Positions 53,635 through 64,000 of a stretch of 64,000 nt of DNA are shown here, one piece after another. The translations under genes and the position numbers were made by a program. The stretch is from contig CAVXTM010000009.1 of the NCBI GenBank assembly GCA_963764725.1, positions 32,001 to 96,000 of the forward strand, read 5' to 3'. This DNA is from an uncultured Gammaproteobacteria bacterium (GTDB lineage Bacteria > Pseudomonadota > Gammaproteobacteria > JACCXJ01). The notes under the pieces were generated by a model. It did not search any database and was not told the DNA's origin. It saw only the letters and a program-made list of their open reading frames with translations. How positions within the stretch are numbered: the stretch's first letter is position 1; each line of letters opens with the position of its first letter.

Positions 53635-55193
53635 CTGACTCTTATACACATTTTTCCGGCCAGCGGGAACTTTCATCAGGTGTGCGGATCGGATCGACCA
53701 GATTAATAATGTCCCATGGGAGGACGAGGTCGATGCGAGTACCGGATGAAGCGATGCAATGGGCGCACGGGACCTTTGGGCTTTGTGATTTGGGCGATCC
53801 GCGACGCACGCGACGGTTGGTGAAGATGGGTGCACAATTGGCGGCGCATGTGGGGCAAGCGCCGGTGCGGGCCTGTCGGGGCGACTCGGCGGCCTGTGAA
53901 GGAGCGTACCGATTGTTGCGCAATGAGGGGGTAGACCCGCAGGCGATCGCCGAAGGGGGCTTTCAGGCGACGGCGCAGTTGGCGGCGAATACTGTGGGTG
54001 AGTTGCTGGCGGTGGAAGACAGTACGAGCTTGTCGTATGGGCACGCAGCGGCCGAGCAGTTGGGCGATTTGGGCGCCAAGCAGGAGAGCGAGAAGCGCGG
54101 GTTCATTGTGCACTCGGTGTTGTTGTTGGCGGCTGAGAGCGGTTGCACAGTGGGATTGATCGAGCAAGAGCGCTGGTGTCGGCCGGTGACGGAGCGTGGC
54201 AAGCGGCACCAGCGTGGGGAGCGCGCCTATGGGGAGAAGGAAAGCTTCAAGTGGCAGCGCGCCAGTGGACGGATGGCCGAGCGCTTGGGGGTGACGCAGG
54301 CGCGAGTGATTTCGGTGTGTGACCGTGAGGCTGACATCTACGAGTATTTGCAGTACAAAGTCGAGCGTGGCGAGCGGTTCGTCGTGCGCGCAAGTTGGGA
54401 CCGGCGCGTGGCGGGCGAGGCGCGCCACCTGTTCGAAGCCCTGGAGCGTGCGCCGGTGTTGGGTTCGCATGGCGTGCGGGTCCAGCAACGCGGTGGGGCG
54501 CATGCACGGCGTTCGCGGCAAGCGCATCTGCAGGTGCGCAGCGCCTGCATTGAGTTTTGCGCCCCACGGCGCGCACCGGGACTGCCCTCGCTGCAGGTCA
54601 ATGCGGTGTTGGCGATGGAGGCACATCCCCCGCATGGGCAGGAACCCTTGTGCTGGCTGTTGTTGGCGAGCGAACCGGTGGCTACCATCATCGAGGCGCA
54701 GCGGGTATTGAGCCACTATGCGCGGCGCTGGCGAGTGGAGGATTTTCACAAGGCGTGGAAATCCGGCGCTGGGGTAGAAGCCCGACGTATGCAGTCGGCC
54801 GACAATTTGGAGCGCATGGCCGTGATATTGGCATTCATCGCGGTGCGGCTGCTGCAATTGCGCGAATGGCTCGATAGCGCTACAGGCAAAGGCTTGTCGG
54901 TGGAGGCAGCAGGGCAAGTCAGCTGTGCCGGGGTGCTCGAGGAGATGGAATGGAAAGTATTGTGGGTCACACAGCACCGGTGCCGCCCGCCCGCGCAAGC
55001 GCCTTCGCTGAAGTGGGCCTGCGAGACCCTCGCCAAACTGGGCGGCTGGATAGACACAAAACGCACCGGACGCGCTGGCTGGGCTGTATTGTGGGAGGGC
55101 TGGTTCCGCTTGCAGGAACGCGTCGATGCTACTCAGGTCAGCGCGCAATTTCTGAGCCTCAAAAAACAGTGAAAAGATCCGATCAAGAGACAG
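53635..55193 (+). mobile_element. IS4-family, IS50/Tn5-like insertion sequence
   Basis: Left end CTGACTCTTATACACATTT resembles the IS50 outside end; right end reverse complement CTGTCTCTTGATCGGATCT resembles the IS50 inside end. Confidence 0.93.
53733..55172 (+). CDS. IS50-like transposase
   Basis: LGDPRRTRRL, EDSTSL, EKESFKW, DREADIY, YARRWRVEDFHKAWKSG (YREK), LAKLGGW. Confidence 0.95.
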   Translation: MRVPDEAMQWAHGTFGLCDLGDPRRTRRLVKMGAQLAAHVGQAPVRACRGDSAACEGAYRLLRNEGVDPQAIAEGGFQATAQLAANTVGELLAVEDSTSLSYGHAAAEQLGDLGAKQESEKRGFIVHSVLLLAAESGCTVGLIEQERWCRPVTERGKRHQRGERAYGEKESFKWQRASGRMAERLGVTQARVISVCDREADIYEYLQYKVERGERFVVRASWDRRVAGEARHLFEALERAPVLGSHGVRVQQRGGAHARRSRQAHLQVRSACIEFCAPRRAPGLPSLQVNAVLAMEAHPPHGQEPLCWLLLASEPVATIIEAQRVLSHYARRWRVEDFHKAWKSGAGVEARRMQSADNLERMAVILAFIAVRLLQLREWLDSATGKGLSVEAAGQVSCAGVLEEMEWKVLWVTQHRCRPPAQAPSLKWACETLAKLGGWIDTKRTGRAGWAVLWEGWFRLQERVDATQVSAQFLSLKKQ

Positions 55194-55221
55194 CCCGCCG
55201 GGAGAGCAACCGTGTTCAAAG

Positions 55222-56345
<1,124 letters not shown>

Positions 56346-56384
56346 ATACATTTTCATTAATTTCTACAAAATAGAACATACAAG

Positions 56385-56470
56385 GGTTGGGGTGAGGGGA
56401 TCAGAATACTCGAAGCATGTGTTTGATTTGATTCCCCTCATCCTAACCTTCTCCCGGAGGGAGAAGGGAC
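56385..56470. repeat. Inverted pair of REP-like palindromes (REPIN-like)
   Basis: GGTTGGGGTGAGGGGA ... TCCCCTCATCCTAACCTTCTCCCGGAGGGAGAAGGG. Confidence 0.85.
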
Positions 56471-56541
56471 TTCCAGACTTGTTGAAGTGGTTCTGTACGA
56501 CATTGGATGCGTGAGAATCTGATTGTCTCGCCGCACGAGTC

Positions 56542-56859
56542 ATGAAACGCGTTTATTGCTCGGAGGATCGACTACTCGTCGGTTTTCTCAAAGGTGTCCT
56601 CGATGGCCACCGCATCGACTGCCTGGTCAAGAATGAATATCTCATCGGCGGCATCGGGGAGCTGCCGCCGGGCGCCTGTTGGCCCGAGCTTTGGGTGATC
56701 GAAGAGAGTGATCTGCCGCAGGCTCGCACTCTCATCGCTTCAGTTTTAAAAGGCGGATCCGGCACGGAGCCATGGTGCTGTCCCGCGTGCGGCGAATGGA
56801 TCGAGCCGCAGTTCACGGAATGCTGGCAATGCGCTCAGTTTGAGGGTGAGCTACCCTGA
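56542..56859 (+). CDS. DUF2007 (putative signal-transducing) protein with Zn-ribbon
   Basis: GIGELP...WPELWV; WCCPACGE..EPQFTECWQC. Confidence 0.85.
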   Translation: MKRVYCSEDRLLVGFLKGVLDGHRIDCLVKNEYLIGGIGELPPGACWPELWVIEESDLPQARTLIASVLKGGSGTEPWCCPACGEWIEPQFTECWQCAQFEGELP

Positions 56860-57208
56860 CGCCTTTAAAACGCTGCATCGGCTTCGGCGCCCAGGGTCCG
56901 GGCCGTTCCGGATCCTCCCGCCTCGGTAGATGATAGACCTCAATTTGGTCAGTCGAATTAGATTTTATTCCGATGCCTACCCCACCGCGCTTACTTGATC
57001 AGGTCCCGAGAGAAGCTTCGTTTAAAGCATTATAGCATCGCACCGAGCATGCGTACCTCGACTGGATCAAGCGCTGTATTGTGGCCTCTCAATGGCCGCA
57101 TCAGCCGCCGGCCCTCCTGTGGTTAAATGCGCAGCAGAGGATAGAAAATCAAAGTCAGCCTCGCTTCCCGATCTCCGACTTACACCTCCTGTCACATATA
57201 GGACATTC

Positions 57209-57300
57209 GCCGACATCAGAATGGGCCGTTGTCCGATTTCAATTGCCTATTGCGGCTGATATCAGAATAGGCCGTTGTCCGATTTCACCGTCTATTGCGG
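57209..57300. repeat. 46-bp imperfect tandem duplication
   Basis: GC(C/T)GA(C/T)ATCAGAAT(G/A)GGCCGTTGTCCGATTTCA..CTATTGCGG x2. Confidence 0.85.
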
Positions 57301-57363
57301 TGCGGACAATAAACGGTTATGCGGGCGGTGGGTTTGAGCACTAAATCCCGAGAGGAGACACCG

Positions 57364-57582
57364 ATGCAAAACCCTTCACAACAATTTATTGAACTCGGCA
57401 AGCAGAACTGCGCAATCTTGATGCCGTTCACCGATTTGTCGCTCCAAGGCGCGACCCGTATTTTCAAGGCGCAAACCGAAGCTGCGAAAGAAGTCTATGC
57501 CGAGAACGCGAAAAGTCTTAGAGCGACGCTTGAAAACGGACAAAATCGGAACGTGGATCCTGGCCAGACGTTTGCCGTTTAG
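57364..57582 (+). pseudogene. Phasin-like protein, short or truncated
   Basis: GAGGAG RBS; QQFIELGKQN...SLQGATRIFKAQTEAAK resembles a phasin N-terminus. Confidence 0.45.
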
Positions 57583-57591
57583 CGCACCGCA

Positions 57592-59118
57592 ATGGACAAA
57601 AGCCTGATCAAAACCTTACTATGCGCTGTTGCAGCTCTAGTAATCGGTTTGGGAACACCCAAACTAGTACAGGCACATCAGTTTTTACCCCCTGGCATGG
57701 CCGAACGCATTCCAAATCGCTTGCCAGATGCATTAAAGAAATTGCGTAGTCCCAGCCAGATTGAGCGGGGTAGACTCATTTTTGAAAGGGAAACATTTGG
57801 TGGCAATGGTCGTACTTGCGCCACTTGTCATCCACGCTCAAACAACTTTACGTTGGATGTGCCGTTTATCAGTAGGTTGCCAAAGAGTGATCCATTGTTC
57901 ATCCACGAACGCATACCGGCATTGGCTCGTCTAGAAAATCGCGCGGCCTTGCGTGGCAAAGCGTTGATTCTGGAAAACCTTGATGGTTTTGATCAACCAG
58001 GCACACTGCGCAGTGTCATGCACACATTGGCGCTTGGATTGACTATTAAGCCGCAGGCTAGTTTTCAGAACCCGCAGACTGGTCTTCCTTTGCATGCTTT
58101 AGGTTGGAGCGGTGATGGTTCACCAGGTGATGGCAGCTTGCGCGAATTTGCTGTGGGCGCAGTAGTACAGCACTTCACTCGTTCGCTCGGCAGACTTGAA
58201 GGTAGAGATTTTCGTATACCAACGGCGTTAGAGCTTGATGCCCTCGAAGCTTTTCAACTATCACTAGGGCGACGTGAAACACCGATAGTTGATCCAAACC
58301 TTCCAGGTGCTCCAAACATTCCAGGTTTTTTGGAATTTAGCGATGCCAGTGTGACTGCTGGTCAGACTTTGTTTCATGGGATGCCTAGTCGTAATGGTGC
58401 GGGGCGGCGGTGCGCAGGTTGTCATAACGGAGGTGGTGCACTGAATGATGTGGATGGTGTGGGCGAAAACGAGCAGCGAGCCACCGGACTCGATCGTCAC
58501 CCCGGGGCAGCTACTTGTTTCTTTCCAACTGCTCCGGCCGATGGTGGATTCGGTATTGATCCGCCGGTACCGCCCGTGGAGGGTAAAGACCCCGTGGTGG
58601 ATAAAGCCACGTTCTGTACCAATGGTGCAAAGGGTCTAGTAAATTTCCTTGGCAGTCTGTTTTTTAATACTCAGACAGTAATCGAGGCTGCTGATACTGC
58701 ACCTTTCTTTCATGATAACTCTGCCGCCACTTTAGAGGATGTGGTCGATTTCTATCGCAGTGGCGCTTTCAACAATTCAATCACTGGAGCGGGTAACGGG
58801 TTTCTGATTGACGACAATCAGCGTAACCAAATTGCCGCTTTTCTTCGAGCTTTGAATGTACTTGAAAATATTCGCTCGGCAATCGCTTCACTTGATAGTA
58901 CCTCTGGGGACCCAACTTTGGCTAATGAGAGAGCACTGGCCGATGCTCGTGATAGTGTAATGGATGCCATTCGGGTATTGAAAAGTGGCAATATCAAAAT
59001 TTATCAAAGCACTGCGTTACCAGCTCTGGTCGGCACGTTGCCGTTGTTGCGTTCAGTGGACACAGCAGATTATGCCAAAGATGAATTAAAGCGTGCTCGT
59101 AGTTTGGTGTTGCTGTGA
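57592..59118 (+). CDS. Secreted di-heme cytochrome c, peroxidase/MauG superfamily-like
   Basis: Signal peptide; GNGRTCATCH and CAGCH; APFFHDNSAATLEDVVDFY; visibly more AT-rich than core genes. Confidence 0.85.
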   Translation: MDKSLIKTLLCAVAALVIGLGTPKLVQAHQFLPPGMAERIPNRLPDALKKLRSPSQIERGRLIFERETFGGNGRTCATCHPRSNNFTLDVPFISRLPKSDPLFIHERIPALARLENRAALRGKALILENLDGFDQPGTLRSVMHTLALGLTIKPQASFQNPQTGLPLHALGWSGDGSPGDGSLREFAVGAVVQHFTRSLGRLEGRDFRIPTALELDALEAFQLSLGRRETPIVDPNLPGAPNIPGFLEFSDASVTAGQTLFHGMPSRNGAGRRCAGCHNGGGALNDVDGVGENEQRATGLDRHPGAATCFFPTAPADGGFGIDPPVPPVEGKDPVVDKATFCTNGAKGLVNFLGSLFFNTQTVIEAADTAPFFHDNSAATLEDVVDFYRSGAFNNSITGAGNGFLIDDNQRNQIAAFLRALNVLENIRSAIASLDSTSGDPTLANERALADARDSVMDAIRVLKSGNIKIYQSTALPALVGTLPLLRSVDTADYAKDELKRARSLVLL

Positions 59119-59148
59119 GGGGCATAGGCTAGGGGGTAGGGTAGAGGG

Positions 59149-59589
59149 TCAAGTCCGCCGGTTGCTGTAAATTTCTGAGCGGGATGCGGGTTTTATGGAC
59201 ACAGCATTTCGTTCATTCAACATGGCTTTGGAAATGACAGCAGCAAGCACCGTGATCCGGCCGCACCGTATGCCCTCTGCAAAGCTCCTGGCGTAGGCGT
59301 TGAGCGTCACCATAGGGATATGCCCGCCCTCGATGTCTTCCACGTCCTCGGGGCTTAAGAGTGCCCGGAAGGTAGTTGCGTCGATACCAGGGACACCTTG
59401 GCAGGCTTCGGTGAAAAGGGCGGTCAGATCGACGCCTTCGACTTTTGCGTTTTGGGGGGTTGCTACTGCTACAGTTGCTATTCTTGCTACTGTTCCCGTC
59501 GCTCCCCCTTGTTGAGTAGCAGAAATAGCAGGAATAGCAGTAGCAACCTTCCCGGACTCACGTTTTCGGATCAGCGCGGCAAGGGCCAT
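59149..59589 (-). CDS. Phage/satellite-type hypothetical protein overlapping iteron-like repeats
   Basis: MALAALIRK...VATAIPAISAT...VARIATVAVA directly downstream of the DUF3987 gene. Confidence 0.55.
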   Translation of the reverse strand: MALAALIRKRESGKVATAIPAISATQQGGATGTVARIATVAVATPQNAKVEGVDLTALFTEACQGVPGIDATTFRALLSPEDVEDIEGGHIPMVTLNAYARSFAEGIRCGRITVLAAVISKAMLNERNAVSIKPASRSEIYSNRRT

Positions 59590-61335
59590 GCTGCCACCCC
59601 CGCCAGCGCCGGATTCACTTGGATGGTCAGCCGCTTTCCTTCCTTCACCAGCCGCACGCGGTCAAGGTCGGCGAGCTCACGGATCGCCGCATCCAATGCC
59701 GCGCCATCCCGCAGCGGCCCATGCTGGCGAGTGTGATTCTTCCCGACAAGGGGCGTCCGCTCCCGCCGGCAATACTCGATTAGCCAGCTATCCAGCCTTG
59801 CCGCGTTCGCCAGTTCCTGCGGTAAGGCCAGCTCGCTGAAGAAGCGCCGCGATTCATTCAGGTGCCATGCCGCGATTCGACTTGCGGACTCGAAGGCTTC
59901 CGGGCCCACCGCGCCGCCTGCGCCCTCAAAGACCTGGAACAGCGCCGCCAGTCGTGCCGCGTTGTCGGCTGTCTTGCTCGCCACATCGCGCACGTCATAA
60001 AGCTCCCCGCCCGTCCGTAGCCCGCCCTCGATTGCATCATGAAATGCCACCCACGCGGCTTTCGCGTCGGGTGCCAGCGCCAGCATTGCCGGGGATAATG
60101 CGCCTTCCTCATCTATGGGTACAGGTTGATTCAGGATCGCCACGATGCGCCGGTTAAATGCGGCCAGCGAAGGCCAGTCGGTCGGCGGTTCGGTGAATGG
60201 TCGAAAACCTTGTGTGCTTCCCGGCCACGCCACCAGGAACGGGCAAGAAAGCCGGTGCCACGGGCCAACCCATTAGATCTGTCAAAGAAGCTACGCAAGG
60301 TCGCTTCCTGAATCTGCAATGCCATCGTCAGCCGCACACCGCGAACAGTGAAAGACTCTGACGTGCGCCGCCCAATAGGTAGCACCCCGCCGTCCCATAG
60401 GATGTTCAGCAGTGCTAGGTTTCGCGTGATGCTGTCCTTGCTCATGCCGTGCGCCCCGAGCACGGCTCCGGCCTCGCTCGCCTTCCCCTTCTTGCTGGCT
60501 TCCTTGATCGCCAGCAGGATCCCATCGCGCTCCGCCGTCCATGCCGCGAGCCCCGCCTTGTGGTGCTTCAATTCTGGCTTGAAAGCTTCGGCTTGCTCCC
60601 GCTCGTATTTCCGGATTGCCGCCGTGAAAAAGCCGTCGCACGTTGACTTTCGCTCGCCTGAGTCGGCGATAGACAGCAAATACAAGCATACCGGCCCGGT
60701 CAACTTCTCCGCCCGCTTCACATCCGCATGGGGTTGGATCGCCAGTGACAGCGCCCCCAGTGCAGACGACGCCACCAACGGAACCGGTGCTTTCGTGAAG
60801 GCTTGCACTTCTTCTACCGCCGCACGGATGGTGCCTGGCAATGCATCCAGCTGATAGGGTTCCGGTTCCACCTTGACGGCCAGCGGCAGCGGTTCCGGCC
60901 ATTCGCGGCTTGCAGAGTCGCCCGCTGGCGCGTATTCCGCGCCCGGTTGAGGCCCCAGCCACACCTGCAACTCCCGTATTCCCCGATTTGCGCAATGACT
61001 GTGCAAGCACTTGAATGCGCCCCCCACGTAGCCATTGGTATGCGGCTCAAAATACGCGGTATCAGCCTTCCCGCCTTCCCCCGTATGCTCTGATTCCCAC
61101 GGGCAGCGGACACTCCAACCCCCAAGCTTGCCGTGAATTTGTCCTAGCACCATGCCATGCTCGTCAAGCGCTTTTAGCACCGGGTCATGCTCGATTTCCA
61201 AGCGCGGCTTTTGCCGCGAATCCAACGCGGACAATTCGCGCCAAAGCTTCAGCAGCGCATCCGGAAGCCGCGGTATGTGGCGCCAGTCGCCCGCCCACTC
61301 ATACGGCTTGCCGGTGTCGGGGTGTTGCGTGGGAC
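59571..61335 (-). pseudogene. Primase-DUF3987 (YfjI-like) replication protein; frameshifted and 5'-truncated
   Basis: HPDTGKPYEW, CPWESEH..FKCLHSHC, IADSGERKST, ARGTGFLAR, AARLAALF; frame change near 60240. Confidence 0.8.
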
Positions 61336-61598
61336 GGTTTGACTGGGACGGAAGCGGGCGTCGGGTGGACGAGGCCTTACGGTCCACGGCTTGAACGTTC
61401 TCAAGAAGTTCTCTATCCTTCCTTTGGCGTTAGCCCGGGGTGTTCCCTGGGCTTCTCCCGGGATCACGTACGCCGCATTAACCACGCTCAGCGGGCTGAG
61501 CATCGGAAGCCAGGCGGCGGCCGGATGCTCTGGTCGGCCGCGACAACTGCGGCTGTCAATACCGACCGCCTTCAAGGAAGGGCAGGAGTTCAGGGAGG

Positions 61599-63125
61599 AT
61601 GGATCAAGCGGTGCAGCCCGCGCCAGCGGGAAAGCCAGGGACAGGGACCCCGCCTCCCCGCGAAAGCGGGGATCAGCGCCCCGAGGATGGAAGGCGCATC
61701 CACTACGAGCGGCGGCGTCCCGAAGACACCGTCCTCTACCAGGTGGTCCAAGAACACCTCGAAACCTTCCTAGCCCAAGTTGAAGCCGAGACCGGGACAG
61801 GCCTGCCCGAGTTTGTCAAAGCGGAATTCGATGCGTTTCTCGACTGTGGCATTTTGGCCCACGGCTTTCTGCGCCTGCGTTGCGCCGACTGCGGCCATGA
61901 GAAGCTCGTCGCCTTTTCGTGTAAGAAGCGTGGCTTCTGCCCGAGTTGTGGCGCGCGGCGCATGGCAGAAACCGCCGCCCACTTGGTCGATCACGTCATC
62001 CCCCGGGTGCCGGTGCGGCAATGGGTATTATCGTTTCCCATTCCGCTGCGCTTGCTGTTTGCCGCTCATCCCGAGTTGCTCGCGCCGGTCTTGAGAATCG
62101 TCCACCGCGTTATTGCGACATTTTTGATCAAACAAGCCGGACTCAAGCGCGCTGAAGCTGCGACCGGTGCCGTCACGCTGATTCAGCGTTTCGGATCGGC
62201 CGCCAATTTAAACATACATCTACACTGCCTCCTGCTCGATGGGGTCTACCGCCTCACCGAGGGCGTGCCGGTATTCCACCCCGTGCGCGCCCCTACCGCC
62301 GGGGAGCTGCAACCCTTACTCAACCGGATCATAAAACGCCTCCTGCGTTTGTTTACACGCCAGGGTTATCTCATCGAAGAGCAGGGCATGACCTACCTGG
62401 CCGACCGCGATCCGGAAAGCGCCCTGGCACCCCTGCAAGCGGCGGCCTGCACCTACCGGATCGCGTTCGGGCCCCGGGCGGGCCAGAAAGTGCTGACCTT
62501 GCAGACCATCCCGAACCGAGTGGCGCCGCCCACCGAACACTGCTGCGTCAATGAGCAGGGCTTCAGCCTGCATGCTGACGTGCGGCTCGCCATCAACCGG
62601 CGTCATAAGCTCGAACACCTCTGTCGGTACATCACCCGCCCGGCTCTTGCCAACGAGCGCCCAGCGCTCAACCGTGCCGGGCAGGTGGTGCTCACGCTGA
62701 AGACACCTTACCGAGATGGCACCACCCATATCGTCATGGAACCCCTGGAATTCATGCAGCGCCTTGCCGCACTGGTTCCCCGTCCGCGGTTGCACCTCAT
62801 CCGCTTCCATGGCGTGCTCACACCCCATGCCAAGCTCCGGCCCCAGATCATCCCGAATGCGCCGGTCAACGCGACTGACGACCCATCAGGCCACGCCGAG
62901 ACACCTCATTCCTCGGCGCCGGTCCGCCTGAGCTGGGCCGGGCTGCTCAAACGCGTATTCGATATCGACATCGAGCGCTGCCCCAACTGCGGCGGCGCCT
63001 TAACGATTATCGCCGCCATCCTCGACCCCGCCGTGATTGCCAAGATCCTCGCCCACCTCGGCTTGCCTATCCGCGCACCGCCGCGCTCACCGGCACGTCG
63101 ACCCGATCTGTTCCACGCCGCCTAA
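61599..63125 (+). CDS. IS91/ISCR HUH transposase with Zn-binding domain
   Basis: CADC...CKKRGFCPSC, QRFGSAANLNIHLH (HUH), CRYITRP, RFHGVL. Confidence 0.95.
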   Translation: MDQAVQPAPAGKPGTGTPPPRESGDQRPEDGRRIHYERRRPEDTVLYQVVQEHLETFLAQVEAETGTGLPEFVKAEFDAFLDCGILAHGFLRLRCADCGHEKLVAFSCKKRGFCPSCGARRMAETAAHLVDHVIPRVPVRQWVLSFPIPLRLLFAAHPELLAPVLRIVHRVIATFLIKQAGLKRAEAATGAVTLIQRFGSAANLNIHLHCLLLDGVYRLTEGVPVFHPVRAPTAGELQPLLNRIIKRLLRLFTRQGYLIEEQGMTYLADRDPESALAPLQAAACTYRIAFGPRAGQKVLTLQTIPNRVAPPTEHCCVNEQGFSLHADVRLAINRRHKLEHLCRYITRPALANERPALNRAGQVVLTLKTPYRDGTTHIVMEPLEFMQRLAALVPRPRLHLIRFHGVLTPHAKLRPQIIPNAPVNATDDPSGHAETPHSSAPVRLSWAGLLKRVFDIDIERCPNCGGALTIIAAILDPAVIAKILAHLGLPIRAPPRSPARRPDLFHAA

Positions 63126-63279
63126 CCCCGCATCGACACCGCTTCTGCCACAGCGCCGATCTCTCGCTCGGCCTGCGTTCACACACACCGCCCATCAGGC
63201 GGTGACATCCGCCCGCTCAGGCTGATCTACAGCCCCGAAAACGCCATGCGCACACGGTTCTCACCAATAATTCGTGTCA

Positions 63280-63309
63280 TTGACTACCCGCCAAGCTCGG
63301 CGATATAGT
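63280..63309 (+). promoter_or_regulatory. Sigma70-like outward promoter in the ISCR end
   Basis: TTGACT-N18-TATAGT. Confidence 0.6.
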
Positions 63310-63352
63310 CCCACCGCAACAAAAAGGTCGTTTCAAGTTCCTATTCGGGTTT

Positions 63353-64000
63353 ATGAACAGGTATCTGGAGAATGCCATCGTGCGGCGCGTGATGGTCGGA
63401 ACCGACCGATCTGAAACCGCCGATCAGGCCGTTCAATGGGCCGCATCGTTCGCCGACCGCTATGGTGCGGAACTCTTCGTGGTACAGGTAGACGTGCCGC
63501 ATAACCCGGCTTCCACCGAGTTCGGAGCGGCTGAGCGCACGCGGGCAGCAACCGCCGGCGATGAGTTGGCCGTTTACGTGCGGCAGTTCGCCGGGGAGCG
63601 CGGTCATGCATTGACCGTCGTCGATGCCGATCCGGCGATGGCGATCGTTCACGCGGCCGAGCAAGAGGCGGTCGACGTCCTTGTGATCGGCAACTCGGGC
63701 ATGGCGGGGCGGAAGGAGTTCTTGCTCGGCAATGTACCTAACCGCATCAGCCACAATGCCCGCTGCACCGTTATCATAGTGAACACGTTGTCGTTCGGCG
63801 ATCGTGCGCCGGACCGGACGCTGACCGTCACCCGCAGCACCGAGTCCGCGTCCCCCGAGCCCCGACTGGCGGTTCGAGGGGCGCAAATCGTAGCTGTGAT
63901 GGCCAGGCATGGCCTAAAAGAGCTGTTCGGCCGGCCTGACGAGGAGGGTGCGACCGGCCGGCGCTGGCGGGCCAAGCGCTTACGCGCTGCCTTGGAGGAA
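63353..64000 (+). CDS. Universal stress protein domain fused to a probable AarF/UbiB (ABC1) kinase; runs off the right edge
   Basis: VMVGTDRSETA...DVLVIGNSGMAGRKEFLLGNVPNRISHNARCTVIIV, then VMARHGLKELF...AKRLRAALEE in the same frame with no stop. Confidence 0.8.
   Translation, partial: MNRYLENAIVRRVMVGTDRSETADQAVQWAASFADRYGAELFVVQVDVPHNPASTEFGAAERTRAATAGDELAVYVRQFAGERGHALTVVDADPAMAIVHAAEQEAVDVLVIGNSGMAGRKEFLLGNVPNRISHNARCTVIIVNTLSFGDRAPDRTLTVTRSTESASPEPRLAVRGAQIVAVMARHGLKELFGRPDEEGATGRRWRAKRLRAALEE

Larger units (their letters stand above)
61390..63346 (+). mobile_element. ISCR/IS91-family rolling-circle element (left end uncertain)
   Basis: oriIS-like end CGTTTCAAGTTCCTATTC at 63329-63346 downstream of the transposase. 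Confidence 0.8.

Noticed and set aside
53635-53653. Nextera/Tn5 adapter contamination
   Set aside because: It differs from the mosaic end, has a matching inside-end-like partner at 55175-55193 and encloses a full transposase, so it is a natural IS.
52515-55172. 885-aa ORF suggesting a giant transposase fusion
   Set aside because: The first ~400 codons are the antisense of IS481 running in frame across the REP fragment into the IS4 gene; the real start is near 53733.
57209-57300. Possible mini CRISPR array
   Set aside because: Only two adjacent copies, no unique spacer and no cas genes in the window.

Overview
A GC-rich gammaproteobacterial chromosome segment. The core (about 9.9-52.2 kb) holds housekeeping genes: gshA, acnA, mnmA, prc, hemW-rdgB-rph, yicC-gmk-rpoZ-spoT-ridA-ubiA, trpG/pabA, gcvT-like, mtnA, gyrA-pheA-hisC-tyrA-aroA-cmk-rpsA-ihfB-lapA-lapB-mfd. 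Three accessory zones flank or interrupt it. (1) 1-9.9 kb: a 1681-bp insertion element without terminal inverted repeats, bounded by CTAA/CTAA, splits a membrane-protein gene; then a Hanks-type pseudokinase with 399-bp tandem repeats, a tRNA-Lys(CTT) 3' fragment (att site), a TIR-TPR-multi-TM gene and a Fic remnant. (2) 30.9-34.4 kb: a NACHT remnant and a DUF4062-nSTAND1-FGE conflict protein. (3) 52.3-64 kb: IS481, an IS50-like IS4 and an IS110 stacked in REP-like palindromes, with IS110 bridge-RNA guides that match its own target and donor sites; then a di-heme cytochrome c, a decayed DUF3987 primase element with inverted iterons, an ISCR/IS91 element with an outward promoter, and a Usp-AarF/UbiB kinase fusion running off the end. 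A MITE family sits directly against stop codons. No CRISPR array, rRNA or intact tRNA was seen. All calls come from motif recognition; no database search was run.
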